Positions 52,396-62,275 of a stretch of 64,000 nucleotides of DNA are shown here, in pieces. This stretch comes from Verrucomicrobiota bacterium. Its GTDB lineage: Bacteria > Verrucomicrobiota > Verrucomicrobiia > Opitutales > Seribacteraceae. Made by a program: the position numbers and the translations under genes. The notes under the pieces were generated by a model, which saw nothing but the letters and a program-made list of their open reading frames with translations, searched no databases and was not told the origin of the DNA. Positions within the stretch are counted from its first letter, which is position 1. Every line of letters begins with the position of its first letter. The stretch is taken from positions 128,001-192,000 of the forward strand of contig JAQBYT010000002.1 in the NCBI GenBank assembly GCA_027622665.1, in the 5' to 3' direction.

Positions 52396-52896
52396 ATGAA
52401 CCTAAAACAAGCTCGGCAAATCCTTTCTATCATCTTGCTTTGTCTCGGGTTCGGCACGCAAGCATTCGCCGACGAATTGCCTCCCGGTCTCGAGCAAGCC
52501 ATTGTCAACCCGGCAATCCCTGCGATCGTCGATGCCACTATTCTTGGCTTCAACAAGGATGGTCATGGCTACATCAAGGTGAACGTCGTCTACAAACCTG
52601 CATCAACGAAAGGTGAATTCGTTCCTCCCAAATCGATTCGGGGCTATGGTTACGCCGGTTCGGACAAAATCGCCCCTCTGCGCGTGGTGATCGGCGGAAA
52701 CAAGGGCAGATACCTTCTTTTTCTCAACGGGGATCTTCTCCATTCCACTTACAACAACCGTTTCACCATCCGTGAGGGCAATAACGGCGAACTTGAGGTC
52801 GGCGTCGGCTTCAATGGCGGAGGCGGCCCCTGGAAACCTCTCAAGGAAATCATTCAGAAAATACCTCCCCACAAACCGGCAACGAAAATCCCATGA
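52396..52896 (+). CDS. Secreted hypothetical protein
   Basis: Signal peptide (..GTQAFA-D); ATGA overlap with the next gene. Confidence 0.7.
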   Translation: MNLKQARQILSIILLCLGFGTQAFADELPPGLEQAIVNPAIPAIVDATILGFNKDGHGYIKVNVVYKPASTKGEFVPPKSIRGYGYAGSDKIAPLRVVIGGNKGRYLLFLNGDLLHSTYNNRFTIREGNNGELEVGVGFNGGGGPWKPLKEIIQKIPPHKPATKIP

Positions 52897-53687
52897 ACAA
52901 AAAGCATCACATGCAGAGAATACCAATACTTGTGACCATTCTCGCGGGTTCTCTTTTGCTTGGTTGCGATCCGCACGTTGATTCCATTTACCTTGGTCGA
53001 GATGAAGCGAAAATGCTTGGCGACGTAAGTCGTGGAGACATAGAGGCCGTCAAAGAGTTTCTCGAAGAAGGCGGCAAGGTGAACCTGCAAGATGAACCGG
53101 GCATGACTCCGTTGCACCATGCCGCCAACAGTGATTGGAAAGCGAAAAACTTCGAAATGGTAAAGCTGTTGATCGACCGAGGAGCCAACGTGAAAACAAT
53201 TGATGATACTCACCATACCCCCTTGCATCTGGCGAGTAACAAGGAAACCGCCGAATTACTCATCGATGCAGGAGCGGACGTGAATGCCAAGGCAAAACGT
53301 ACGGGTGAGACTCCATTGTATTCGGCGGCGCGCAATGCCGCTCAAGGTGCTTCAAAGAGCTACGGGATCTATCTGGATTTAACGAAGGTGCTTATTGCCA
53401 AAGGAGCCGCCGTAAACGTTAAACTTAAATCGGGAAGTATGATTGAAGACAATGAACCCCACCGTGCCAAATCGGGAGAAACAACTTTGCACACAGTGGC
53501 GCGGAGTTATTCGGAAAAGCATGCTTCCGATGTTTGCGAACTACTCATTGCCAACGGAGCGAAGGTGAATGAACTTAACCTGAAAGGCCAAACCCCACTG
53601 GACGAAGCCTTGGCGAACGAACGTAACAAGACTGCTGGAATTCTCCGTAAACAAGGTGGCAAGACGGCAAATGAAATGGAAAAATAA
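52893..53687 (+). CDS. Ankyrin-repeat lipoprotein
   Basis: Lipobox LLGC; GMTPLHHAA, HTPLHLA, GETPLYSAA, LIDRGANV repeats. Confidence 0.9.
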   Translation: MNKKHHMQRIPILVTILAGSLLLGCDPHVDSIYLGRDEAKMLGDVSRGDIEAVKEFLEEGGKVNLQDEPGMTPLHHAANSDWKAKNFEMVKLLIDRGANVKTIDDTHHTPLHLASNKETAELLIDAGADVNAKAKRTGETPLYSAARNAAQGASKSYGIYLDLTKVLIAKGAAVNVKLKSGSMIEDNEPHRAKSGETTLHTVARSYSEKHASDVCELLIANGAKVNELNLKGQTPLDEALANERNKTAGILRKQGGKTANEMEK

Positions 53688-53746
53688 GAAGGATAAACCG
53701 AAAAACAATGATTAGTAGAACCGTCTGGCTCTGCATCTGTCCTCCA

Positions 53747-54115
53747 ATGATTCGAGCTCTTTGTATTTTATTTATTTTGGGCGGCGCTGCCTGCTCGGTC
53801 CTCGAACAGACGAAAACCCAAGAATTCCGGATGACATGGAAAATCGATCCGGAGGACAAGAATCAGGAAAACTCTCTGGTCGAGCTTTCCTTCCTCGATT
53901 TCCCAGGGCACTTCATAGGCGAATATTCGAATCAATTGGCGGATCATTTGAAGAAGGATGGAAACGAAGAGGTGCCTGCAACCTTTGAAATCACACGGGA
54001 TGCCCTTGGCCACGTCAGTTACAGCGTGACCGAGATCGCGGGCCTCAACCAATGGAAAGCATCCTTCGGTTACGGAGGCACCTCAGGATCCCCGGAACGA
54101 TCGCCTTTCGAATGA
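53747..54115 (+). CDS. Hypothetical lipoprotein
   Basis: Hydrophobic N-terminus ending AAC; ATGA overlap with the next gene. Confidence 0.65.
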   Translation: MIRALCILFILGGAACSVLEQTKTQEFRMTWKIDPEDKNQENSLVELSFLDFPGHFIGEYSNQLADHLKKDGNEEVPATFEITRDALGHVSYSVTEIAGLNQWKASFGYGGTSGSPERSPFE

Positions 54116-54555
54116 AACTCTGCCCCACTATCCTTCTCTTCAGCCTCTGCTTAAGTTCCTGCCTCGAATTTGGCAACGACATCGAAATGACTGGAGCGGA
54201 AATAACGGACGAGGAACTGACTGAGGTTACGCGCAGGACGGGAATCGATTTTCCTGAGGGTGCGGTCGGGCTCGGATACTACTTCCAAGGCTCGGGAATC
54301 GATGACGCCCTTGCCCTCAAAGCCTTAATTCCTAACGACAAAATATTGGATTTCCTAAAGAACGACATTTTGGAAAAAGGAGACAAGTCCAAGGCATCTA
54401 TCCAGATCGGTAGGGATAAACCTTGGTGGAATCTCGACGAGTTGAAGGAACGGGTGGATCGCAAGATGCAACTTCCGAAAGGCAAGTACGTCGAATGCAC
54501 CCTAGGAAAAGAAAACGGGAAGTGGACCGTCTACGTTTCCTGGATGTCAACCTGA
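54112..54555 (+). CDS. Hypothetical lipoprotein
   Basis: MKLCPTILLFSLCLSSC lipobox. Confidence 0.7.
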   Translation: MKLCPTILLFSLCLSSCLEFGNDIEMTGAEITDEELTEVTRRTGIDFPEGAVGLGYYFQGSGIDDALALKALIPNDKILDFLKNDILEKGDKSKASIQIGRDKPWWNLDELKERVDRKMQLPKGKYVECTLGKENGKWTVYVSWMST

Positions 54556-55827
54556 GTGACCAAGCCCATGGAACACTCCGACTTTGGAAAACGCTTCGCC
54601 GGCAAGATCGGCATCGGGGAATTGATGGACGACCTGGGCAATGCCTTGGTTGCGGATCCGGCCCCCCTTATGCTCGGGGGAGGGAACCCTAGTCACGTGC
54701 CTCACGTCCAAGCTCTTTTCCGCAAGCGCATGGAAGACATTCTCGCCCAACCCGGCGAGTTCGAGCGTTTGATTGGGAACTATGACACTCCGCAGGGGTC
54801 AAAGAGTTTCATTGAAGCCTTGGTCGAGCTTTTCAGGAATGAGTTCGATTGGAACCTCGGTCCCGAGAACATTGCTCTGACCAACGGGAGCCAGAACAGT
54901 TTCTTCTACCTCTTCAACCTCTTTGCCGGTCGCTTCGGGGAAAGCAGGCGTAAGAAAATCCTCCTACCTCTCGCTCCGGAGTACATCGGTTATTCCGAGG
55001 TCGGATTGGAAAAGGATTTCTTTTTGGCCAACCGCCCGGAAATCTCTCGACTGGACGACCATATGTTTAAATACCAAGTCGACTTCGAAAGCCTTGAAAT
55101 AACCGACGAGGTGGGAGCTATCTGTTTCTCCCGTCCGACCAACCCGACTGGCAACGTCGTGACGGACGAGGAAGTCAATAGGTTGCGCACACTGGCGAAC
55201 GAGCATGGCGTCCCCCTCATCATCGACAACGCCTACGGAACGCCCTTTCCCAATATCATCTATGAGGACGTGCTACCGGTCTGGGATGAAAACATGATCG
55301 TGTGCATGAGCCTGTCCAAGCTCGGCTTGCCCGGGTTACGCACTGGGATCGTTATCGCCCATCAGGAAATCATTCGCATCGTTTCCCGTATGACTTCGGT
55401 CTTTAGTCTCGCTCCCGGCGGAGTCGGCCCGGGACTTGCCCTCGATCTTGTGCGAAGCGGAGAGATCACGAAGATCAGTCGCGAGGTTATTCGGCCGTTC
55501 TACCAAGCAAAGGTAAAACGTGCCGTGGCCCAGTTGCAGGAAGAGATGGCGGGCGTACCCTTCACCATCCACAAACCCGAGGGCGCTCTCTTTCTCTGGC
55601 TTTGGTTCGAGGACCTGCCAATCACCAGTCGCGAACTTTACGAGCGTCTAAAGAAACGTGGCGTTCTCGTGGTCTCCGGTCATTATTTTTTTCCCGGTTT
55701 GAATGAGCCGTGGAAGCACAAGGACGAGTGCATCCGGGTGACTTACGCCCAAGACGACGAGGTCGTCGAACAGGGCCTCTCGATTATCGCAGACGAGGTG
55801 AAGAGGTCTTACTCCTCACAAAAATAA
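54556..55827 (+). CDS. avtA: Valine--pyruvate transaminase
   Basis: ELMDDLG...MLGGGNP, NYDTPQG, ALTNGSQ, PEYIGY, SRPTNPTGNV, IDNAYG, SLSKLGLPG. Confidence 0.9.
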   Translation: MTKPMEHSDFGKRFAGKIGIGELMDDLGNALVADPAPLMLGGGNPSHVPHVQALFRKRMEDILAQPGEFERLIGNYDTPQGSKSFIEALVELFRNEFDWNLGPENIALTNGSQNSFFYLFNLFAGRFGESRRKKILLPLAPEYIGYSEVGLEKDFFLANRPEISRLDDHMFKYQVDFESLEITDEVGAICFSRPTNPTGNVVTDEEVNRLRTLANEHGVPLIIDNAYGTPFPNIIYEDVLPVWDENMIVCMSLSKLGLPGLRTGIVIAHQEIIRIVSRMTSVFSLAPGGVGPGLALDLVRSGEITKISREVIRPFYQAKVKRAVAQLQEEMAGVPFTIHKPEGALFLWLWFEDLPITSRELYERLKKRGVLVVSGHYFFPGLNEPWKHKDECIRVTYAQDDEVVEQGLSIIADEVKRSYSSQK

Positions 55828-55949
55828 ATCTTCAGAATATCTGTCATTCGCCAGCTGCCTCTGGAAATGTCTTTTGTAGCTTTTCATGTTTTCGTGGCGA
55901 TGGTTCCCGGATCGTTGGTTTCCAAATCAATGGGATCGTAAAAAAATCC

Positions 55950-55976
55950 TAACAAAACCTACGCTTTGGCGTCTTA
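55950..55976 (+). promoter_or_regulatory. Possible ECF sigma-factor promoter
   Basis: tAAC-N16-CGTC ending 17 nt upstream of the VIT-protein ATG. Confidence 0.35.
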
Positions 55977-55990
55977 TTTAAATACTCATC

Positions 55991-58900
55991 ATGCGCGCAT
56001 CATTAGCACTTTGCACTCTTGTCATCTGCGGTTTCTTGGTTCCGGTTCAGGCACAAGACACTCGCTTTCCTTCGATTCTCGTAAAGGGAGCCGACCTCAA
56101 CCTGATCGAGTGTGAGATCACCCGCGTCCTCGACGATGGCACGATCTCGTTCAAGACAACGGGTGAGGGAGGTCTCGAGCAAGGTGTCGTCTACGCCGTT
56201 CTCATCGACAACCGGGAAATTACACGCATCCAAGTGACCGAAGAAAAAGTGAAGGCAAGCCTGGCCAAACCCGTACCCGGACATCGCAGCCTCAAGGGTT
56301 TCCCCAAGGGCACCAAGGTTATGCTGCAAGCCGTCGAGGGAGGCGGGGTATCCACATACGTGCCGCTCCGCATGGACGAACTGACGATCGACGTGAAGGT
56401 AGTGGCCAACCTCGCGGTCACGACGATCTCAATGAACTTCCACAACGACCTCGACCGCGTGCTCGAAGGACGCCTCAATTTCCCTCTCGGGGAAGGCCAA
56501 ACGGTTTCCCGCTTCGCCATGACCGTCAACGGCAAGCTTCGCGAGGGCGTGGTGGTGGAAAAGGCCAAAGGGCGACAGGTATTCGAGAGCATCGTCCGCC
56601 GAGGTATCGATCCGGGCTTGCTCGAGTGGACCAAGGGCAACGTCTTCAAGGCCCGTGTCTATCCGATCCCGGCCAAGGGGGACAAAAGGATCGTCATTGC
56701 CTACGAGCAGGAGCTCAAGGATACGGGCAAGGGCTTTCTCTATTCGCTCCCCCTGCACTTCAAGGCCAAGGTCGACCGCTTTCACCTCCGGGCCGAAGTG
56801 TTCAAACAGGACTTTGCCCCACACCTCGGCTCCAACGAACTGGCCAACTTTCGGTTTGAGAAATGGAACGAATCGTTCCTCGCAGAGACAAAGAGGGAAA
56901 ACTACCTGCCCAACCAAAGCCTTGCCTTCCTGCTCCCCAAGCAAGTGGACCGCCAGCGCATCTTCGTCGAAGAGGAGAACGACAAGACCTATTTCTACCT
57001 GACGATGAACCCCAAGGTCATCCGCAAGGCCAAGACTCTGCCCAATAACGTGGGACTTGTCTGGGACGCCTCTGCCTCGGCTCGCAGCCGGGATTTGGAA
57101 AAGGAACTTTCGGTCCTCGACGCCTACTTCTCGAAAACGGGGGACTTTCAAGTCACCTTGGTTGTTTTTCGAAATGAGGTGGAGAAGGCCCGTGAATTCA
57201 CCGTGCGAAAGGGAGACTGGAAGAAACTCGCGGAGGTATTGAAAAAGCTTCCTTGCGACGGCGGCACTCAACTCGGAGCCCTTGACTTGGGGAAATATGC
57301 CTGCGACGAGTTCATCCTCTCCACCGACGGGGTGTCAAACTTCGGGGATTCCGAACTCGCTCATGGCAAAGCCCCGGTCTACACGCTGAACTCTTCACCT
57401 GTAGCCGAGCACGCCTATTTGCGCTGTCTTTCTCAAGCTACTTCCGGGACCTACCTGAATCTGACCCAGCTGACCAAGGAGGAAGCCTTGGCCAAACTAA
57501 CCTCGGTTCCGTATTCCTTCCTCGGCGTTAAACTAGTCGGCAAAAACATTACCGAGACCTATCCGCGAACCGCCGTTCCTGTCGACGGTTCCTTCTCCCT
57601 GGCCGGCATGCTCGAGGGCAAGGGCACTGAGCTCACTTTGGAATTCGGATCGGGGGGCAAAGTTCTGCACACCGAAAAGATCACCCTTGACCGCAAGGCC
57701 CATGCCTCCGACAGCGGGCTTGCCCGGCGCATCTGGGCTCAAAAGAAAATTGCCGAACTCGAGCTGCGCCCGAACAGATACGAGGAAGAAATCACCGAAC
57801 TGGGCAAGGAGCACTCCATTGTCACGCGCAATACCTCGCTCATCGTGCTCGACCGGTTGGAGGATTACGTTACGCATCGGATTGTTCCCCCCGAGTTCGA
57901 CCTGCGCCAGCAATACCTCGCCAAGATCGAACAGCAGCAAAAGCAAGCGGACAAGAGTCGTGAGGAACGGCTCGCCGGCGTAATCGAGAAATTCGAGCTA
58001 AGGGTCGGTTGGTGGAACAAGACCTTTAAGTTCGGCACAGGCAAACCGAAACGGATGAGTCAGAATGGGGATCAGGATCGAGGGCTGTTCAGCATTATCG
58101 GCTCTGCCTTTGGGCTAAGCGCTGAAGCTCGTCCCTCCGATCAAGCTTTGATGCGAAGAGAATTCAGTGACGACTTTGCTCAAGGCGTCGAACTTTCAGA
58201 AATTGTTCAGTTTGAGAGCCGAGGGGCTCGCTCGGACATTAGTTTGAATACAGTCACAAATGACGGACTGGAGGCCGAAAAAAAAGCTGAATCAAGAGGC
58301 TCCGCTCCTGCAGGCGCAATCAAGCTCAAGAAATGGAACCCCAAGACCCCCTACCTCGCCAAGTTGAAGAAAGCCAAGGAGGCGGATTGTTATCCTGTCT
58401 ACCTCGAGCAACGCGAGGAGAACGAAGGCAGTTCCGCCTTCTTTCTCGACGTTTCTGATTTCTTTCTCGAGAAGAAACAGCCCGGGCTCGCCCTGCGGAT
58501 CCTTTCCAACGTGGCCGAGATGGAACTCGAGAACCCGCAGTTGCTCCGCATACTCGGCTACCGGCTCATGCAAGTTGGCCAACCCAAGCTCGCGGTCGCC
58601 GTGTTCGAGGAGGTCCTTGAAATGCGCGAGGAAGAACCCCAGTCCTACCGCGACCTAGCCCTCGCCCTCGCCGCCGACAAGCATTACCAGCGGGCAATCG
58701 ACCTGCTCCGCCAAGTCGTGGAAGGCAAATGGAACGGACGCTTCCCCGAGATCGAGCTAACCGCCCTCAACGAGATGAACGCCATCATCGCTACCTGCGG
58801 AAAGGAACTCGAACCGAGCAACCTCGACAAGCGCCTGCTCAAGAACCTTCCCGTGGACGTCCGGGTTATCCTGACTTGGGACGCCGACAACACCGACATG

Positions 58901-59260
58901 GACCTCTGGGTGACCGACCCGAACGGCGAAAAGTGCTTTTACAGTCACCGTAACACCAAAATCGGGGGTCATATGTCACCCGACTACACGGGTGGCTACG
59001 GACCCGAGGAATTTCTTCTCAAACGTGCTCAGCCGGGCAAATACCTCGTTCACGTCAACTACTACGGCAATCGCCGGCAAGTCATTGCGGGAGCCACCAC
59101 CGTCCAATTGGAAATGACCACCGACTTCGGCAAGCCCCATGCCAAGACCGAGGCTGTCACTCTGCGTCTGCAGGGATCCAAGGAAGTGATCAAGGTCGGC
59201 GAATTCGTCATCCCGGGCAAAAAGAACAAGCAACAAACCATCAGCAAGGAGAAGAAGTAA
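55991..59260 (+). CDS. VIT - vWA-like - TPR - DUF2135 (YfaP-like) secreted protein
   Basis: VLEGRLNFPL...REGVVVEK...IDPGLLE (VIT); WDASAS, DGGT, STDG (MIDAS-like); EEPQSYRDLA (TPR); LTWDADNTDMDLWVTDP...GYGPEEF (DUF2135). Confidence 0.88.
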   Translation: MRASLALCTLVICGFLVPVQAQDTRFPSILVKGADLNLIECEITRVLDDGTISFKTTGEGGLEQGVVYAVLIDNREITRIQVTEEKVKASLAKPVPGHRSLKGFPKGTKVMLQAVEGGGVSTYVPLRMDELTIDVKVVANLAVTTISMNFHNDLDRVLEGRLNFPLGEGQTVSRFAMTVNGKLREGVVVEKAKGRQVFESIVRRGIDPGLLEWTKGNVFKARVYPIPAKGDKRIVIAYEQELKDTGKGFLYSLPLHFKAKVDRFHLRAEVFKQDFAPHLGSNELANFRFEKWNESFLAETKRENYLPNQSLAFLLPKQVDRQRIFVEEENDKTYFYLTMNPKVIRKAKTLPNNVGLVWDASASARSRDLEKELSVLDAYFSKTGDFQVTLVVFRNEVEKAREFTVRKGDWKKLAEVLKKLPCDGGTQLGALDLGKYACDEFILSTDGVSNFGDSELAHGKAPVYTLNSSPVAEHAYLRCLSQATSGTYLNLTQLTKEEALAKLTSVPYSFLGVKLVGKNITETYPRTAVPVDGSFSLAGMLEGKGTELTLEFGSGGKVLHTEKITLDRKAHASDSGLARRIWAQKKIAELELRPNRYEEEITELGKEHSIVTRNTSLIVLDRLEDYVTHRIVPPEFDLRQQYLAKIEQQQKQADKSREERLAGVIEKFELRVGWWNKTFKFGTGKPKRMSQNGDQDRGLFSIIGSAFGLSAEARPSDQALMRREFSDDFAQGVELSEIVQFESRGARSDISLNTVTNDGLEAEKKAESRGSAPAGAIKLKKWNPKTPYLAKLKKAKEADCYPVYLEQREENEGSSAFFLDVSDFFLEKKQPGLALRILSNVAEMELENPQLLRILGYRLMQVGQPKLAVAVFEEVLEMREEEPQSYRDLALALAADKHYQRAIDLLRQVVEGKWNGRFPEIELTALNEMNAIIATCGKELEPSNLDKRLLKNLPVDVRVILTWDADNTDMDLWVTDPNGEKCFYSHRNTKIGGHMSPDYTGGYGPEEFLLKRAQPGKYLVHVNYYGNRRQVIAGATTVQLEMTTDFGKPHAKTEAVTLRLQGSKEVIKVGEFVIPGKKNKQQTISKEKK

Positions 59261-59261
59261 T

Positions 59262-59516
59262 TTGAAGAAATTGAATTTGTTTTTGATTGGGTGCCTTCTC
59301 CCTCTGATCATCTGCTCCTGCAGTTATTCGAGTTCTTCGGGTTGGAGTTTTTTAGACAGCGATTCAGTTAAGGAAGAAAAGGAAAGACGCAGAGCAGTGG
59401 ACCGGAAAACGGATAGGATTCTGGAAGTCGGCAGAACCAAGGACCGAGCGGAGGCGCGCAGGCAAGCCAAGGGAGAAGTTTTCGAGGAGAATTTTTTCCG
59501 CTCGACCCGTCCATGA
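59262..59516 (+). CDS. Small hypothetical lipoprotein
   Basis: MKKLNLFLIGCLLPLIICSC; starts 2 nt after the upstream stop. Confidence 0.6.
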   Translation: MKKLNLFLIGCLLPLIICSCSYSSSSGWSFLDSDSVKEEKERRRAVDRKTDRILEVGRTKDRAEARRQAKGEVFEENFFRSTRP

Positions 59517-59584
59517 CGTTTCTTTGACAATTCTTTTACTTTGCCCGAACAACTCTCTCCCCTGTCCGTGTTATAAGGTTCTGC

Positions 59585-60193
59585 ATGAACACAAGACCTA
59601 TCTTCATTTCTCTTAAATGCTCCGTGCTCATAGCGGGAATCGCGCTCTCCACTCTGTTTTGTGGATGTCTCAAACAGTTCATTCCACATGATGACGTACC
59701 TCGTTCCGGCACGGACCGTAAGTTTCCCGACTTAAACTACACTGGCGATGGAAACTTTACGGATTATGGGAGAAAGTCGGGCATCCAGCGGTTCGTCCTC
59801 GACCTCGGAGAAGTTGACTTGAAGGAAGCCAGTGTTCGAAAATACGAACTGAAAGGACTTCCGGACGTTAACTACGTATGCTACCTACGGGTCGATCATC
59901 CACTTCCCATTACAGGAAGACCTAAGGATTTCAAGGCGGGCGATATGATAGTCGAAACATCCCTGGAGGATCAAAACGGTACGGAAGTCTTTTCGGAGAA
60001 GGCTCCGCTAAAGAACTGGAAATGGTCGGGTTCGGTCGGGTCACTGAAAAGCGATCTCTACACCCGCAAGACCATGTTCACTCCCGAGAAAGGGCAAAAC
60101 TACTCCATCTCGCTCAAGATTTCCGAGGGTAATCTCCAAGCACCCAAAGTACAATTACTGTTGATGGGCGGTGGTTGGAAAGCATTTAACTAA
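59585..60193 (+). CDS. Hypothetical lipoprotein
   Basis: Hydrophobic leader ending FCGC. Confidence 0.7.
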   Translation: MNTRPIFISLKCSVLIAGIALSTLFCGCLKQFIPHDDVPRSGTDRKFPDLNYTGDGNFTDYGRKSGIQRFVLDLGEVDLKEASVRKYELKGLPDVNYVCYLRVDHPLPITGRPKDFKAGDMIVETSLEDQNGTEVFSEKAPLKNWKWSGSVGSLKSDLYTRKTMFTPEKGQNYSISLKISEGNLQAPKVQLLLMGGGWKAFN

Positions 60194-60202
60194 AAAACAA
60201 TC

Positions 60203-60720
60203 ATGAACAAAATTCATATTTCCCCATCATTGGTCTTACCTGCCTTATCGTCCTTTCTTCCTGCGTAAAGTCGTATTGGAAGAACGATGAAATGAAATTG
60301 GTTTTATCCAAGACTTCTTATAAAAATGAACACATTACCTGCGATGCCTATCGAGTAGATGATGCATACCCGAGTGAAAAGAAGGTACAAGACGGCGAAG
60401 ACCTTCATGGTTATGCAATCATTTCGGATGGAGCGACCTTGTCCCTCGCATCGCGGAAAGAACTGTCTTCGGTCTTAGAAAACCCGGACGCTTACTTTCG
60501 TCACTCAACACCGATTGATTGTGCTTTTCGACCTGGAGTTGCCTTCCGTTTTAACGACAAGAAAACAAGAGTCGATCTACTGATTTGTTTCTCCTGCAAT
60601 GAGTTGAGGTATTACTTGGATGGACAGGTTGTCGGTCAAAGTTATTTTAAATTTCAGGAACTGCGTGCCTTGGTCAAGAAACTATTTCCTGCTGACAAGA
60701 AAATCCAGTCTCTACTCTAA
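60203..60720 (+). CDS. Hypothetical lipoprotein with frameshifted leader
   Basis: ORF 60292..60720 extends upstream as SYFPIIGLTCLIVLSSC (lipobox); adding one A after ATG AAC AAA at 60203 restores the frame. Contains DCAFRPG and ICFSC. Confidence 0.6.
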
Positions 60721-60774
60721 AGCTCCGTCTTCTATTCCAATTATTTCATCCTCACCTTCTTTATCCACATAAAA

Positions 60775-61503
60775 ATGCAAATCACGACCCCATTTCTTTT
60801 ATTGTCACTCACGCTTGCTTGTCTGGTTCAGTTGAACGCCATCCCCCTGCCAGGTGCAAAGGAGGCAAAGGAAGCTCCTCCCCTCATAACGAAATCCGGC
60901 GGGATCGAGCGGGACTATCGGGCGGGCAAGTTGACCGAGGCTCAGGAAAAGATCGTCCTCGCCTTGGCCAAGAAACAGGGTGTCGCGAAGGTCGCGAGGA
61001 TCTCTACCATCAACATCTATCCCAGCGCGGCTCGAGGCATCCGGGTGGATGGCACCAAGGAAGTCAATGGACGGAAAGTTTCCTACAAGGTCCTGAGCGT
61101 CAATTTCAAGCCCTGGTTTCATCCCGGTTCCGGCCCACGAAAGGGCGATGTCCGGATGGGCGACTTTTGGGCCGGCAAGGCATATGAAAGGAAAAATACT
61201 ATCCTCAGGGTAGGTGAAACGGATTACCTTTGCGGTTCCGTCCGCGGCATCGAGATCAAGGAGTGCGAAGCCATGCTCGGACTTTTTCTGGCCGGTGAAT
61301 TTACCTATAATCCAGGGGCAAGAATAAACGATATGCTTTTGGACCAAGTCGACTGGAGCAAACCCAGCAGGTTCGGCAAACGAGGTGACGCGATCTCCGT
61401 TGGGTTTCCTCACAAAAGGGAAGGGGAGGGATTCTTCGACATGGAGATTGAGATGGTTGGCGGCAAGCTGAACATCAAGCAAATGTTCCAGGCGGTTCCT
61501 TGA
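60775..61503 (+). CDS. Secreted hypothetical protein
   Basis: Signal peptide; 242-aa ORF in operon context. Confidence 0.7.
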   Translation: MQITTPFLLLSLTLACLVQLNAIPLPGAKEAKEAPPLITKSGGIERDYRAGKLTEAQEKIVLALAKKQGVAKVARISTINIYPSAARGIRVDGTKEVNGRKVSYKVLSVNFKPWFHPGSGPRKGDVRMGDFWAGKAYERKNTILRVGETDYLCGSVRGIEIKECEAMLGLFLAGEFTYNPGARINDMLLDQVDWSKPSRFGKRGDAISVGFPHKREGEGFFDMEIEMVGGKLNIKQMFQAVP

Positions 61504-61527
61504 AACTATGTAGTTTGCTGGTTAGCG

Positions 61528-61990
61528 TGAAAGCCAAAGTGAAACTGTTTTCAAGAGCTCTGCTCTTTGGTATATTCGCCTTGTCTGGTCTTTTGGCAAC
61601 GGCTGCAGTTGCTCCGCATTCCTCTGTACACATGGAACAGAAGGCTACGCTGATCGTCAGTGGAAAGGTTTTGACCATTACCTCCAAAACCCAAAAGTCC
61701 ATGCATGAAAGCGACCTGCTTATTGCCCGGGATCGGATTTTCAAGTTTGCATCAAGGTTGCCTCCATTTCGAAGGGAACAACCATGAAGGTCGGTGATGA
61801 AGTGCAGTTTCAGGCATGGCAACCCTCCACCCGGTTTCCGCCCCTGCCCGGTCCGCAAGGGCATCAACCGATCCCCGCGAAAGGAGATCTCGTCAAAACC
61901 TACCTGCTTTTCAACAAGAAAACCAAGATCTATCGTCCGATCATGCCCAACGGGATCAAGATTCTCAAGAGGGTAAGGGATGCGAAATAA
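61528..61990 (+). pseudogene. Secreted hypothetical protein split by a frameshift near 61743
   Basis: Signal peptide + ATLIVSGKVLTI...RIFK, continuing in another frame as VCIKVASISKGTTMKVGDEVQFQAW. Confidence 0.55.
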
Positions 61991-62073
61991 GTTTTTTTCG
62001 CCCTTTCGGTAGAGTATTCCTGATATCCGGCAACCGGCTGTCGTTTCAGCGATTAATTTACAATTCTATCTAG

Positions 62074-62106
62074 ATGTCGCGTAAAAGAGGTAAATATACG
62101 CAAATA
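62074..62106 (+). promoter_or_regulatory. Candidate operator (copy 2 of shared motif)
   Basis: ATGTCGCGTAAAAGAGGTAAA vs ATGTCGCAAAAAAGAGTTAAA at 50695. Confidence 0.4.
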
Positions 62107-62171
62107 GGTGTAGGTTTATTGTGGAGTCGGGGGCAGTTCTGAATAAGTTTAAATCATTTTCAACTATCTTA

Positions 62172-62223
62172 GGTGATTGACCTTACTTCGGGAAACGATG
62201 GGAAACGATCAAATGCAATCACC
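62172..62223 (+). repeat. 8-bp inverted repeat enclosing a 10-bp tandem repeat
   Basis: GGTGATTG (62172-79)...GGGAAACGAT x2 (62190-62209)...CAATCACC (62216-23). Confidence 0.8.
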
Positions 62224-62275
62224 CTTGAGTCCATTTCCTACATATTTAATCATCCGCAACCCTAATTAAATAGTT

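Noticed and set aside
52396..61990. Integron cassette array
   Set aside because: Genes overlap or abut, no attC-like palindromes recur and no integrase is present.
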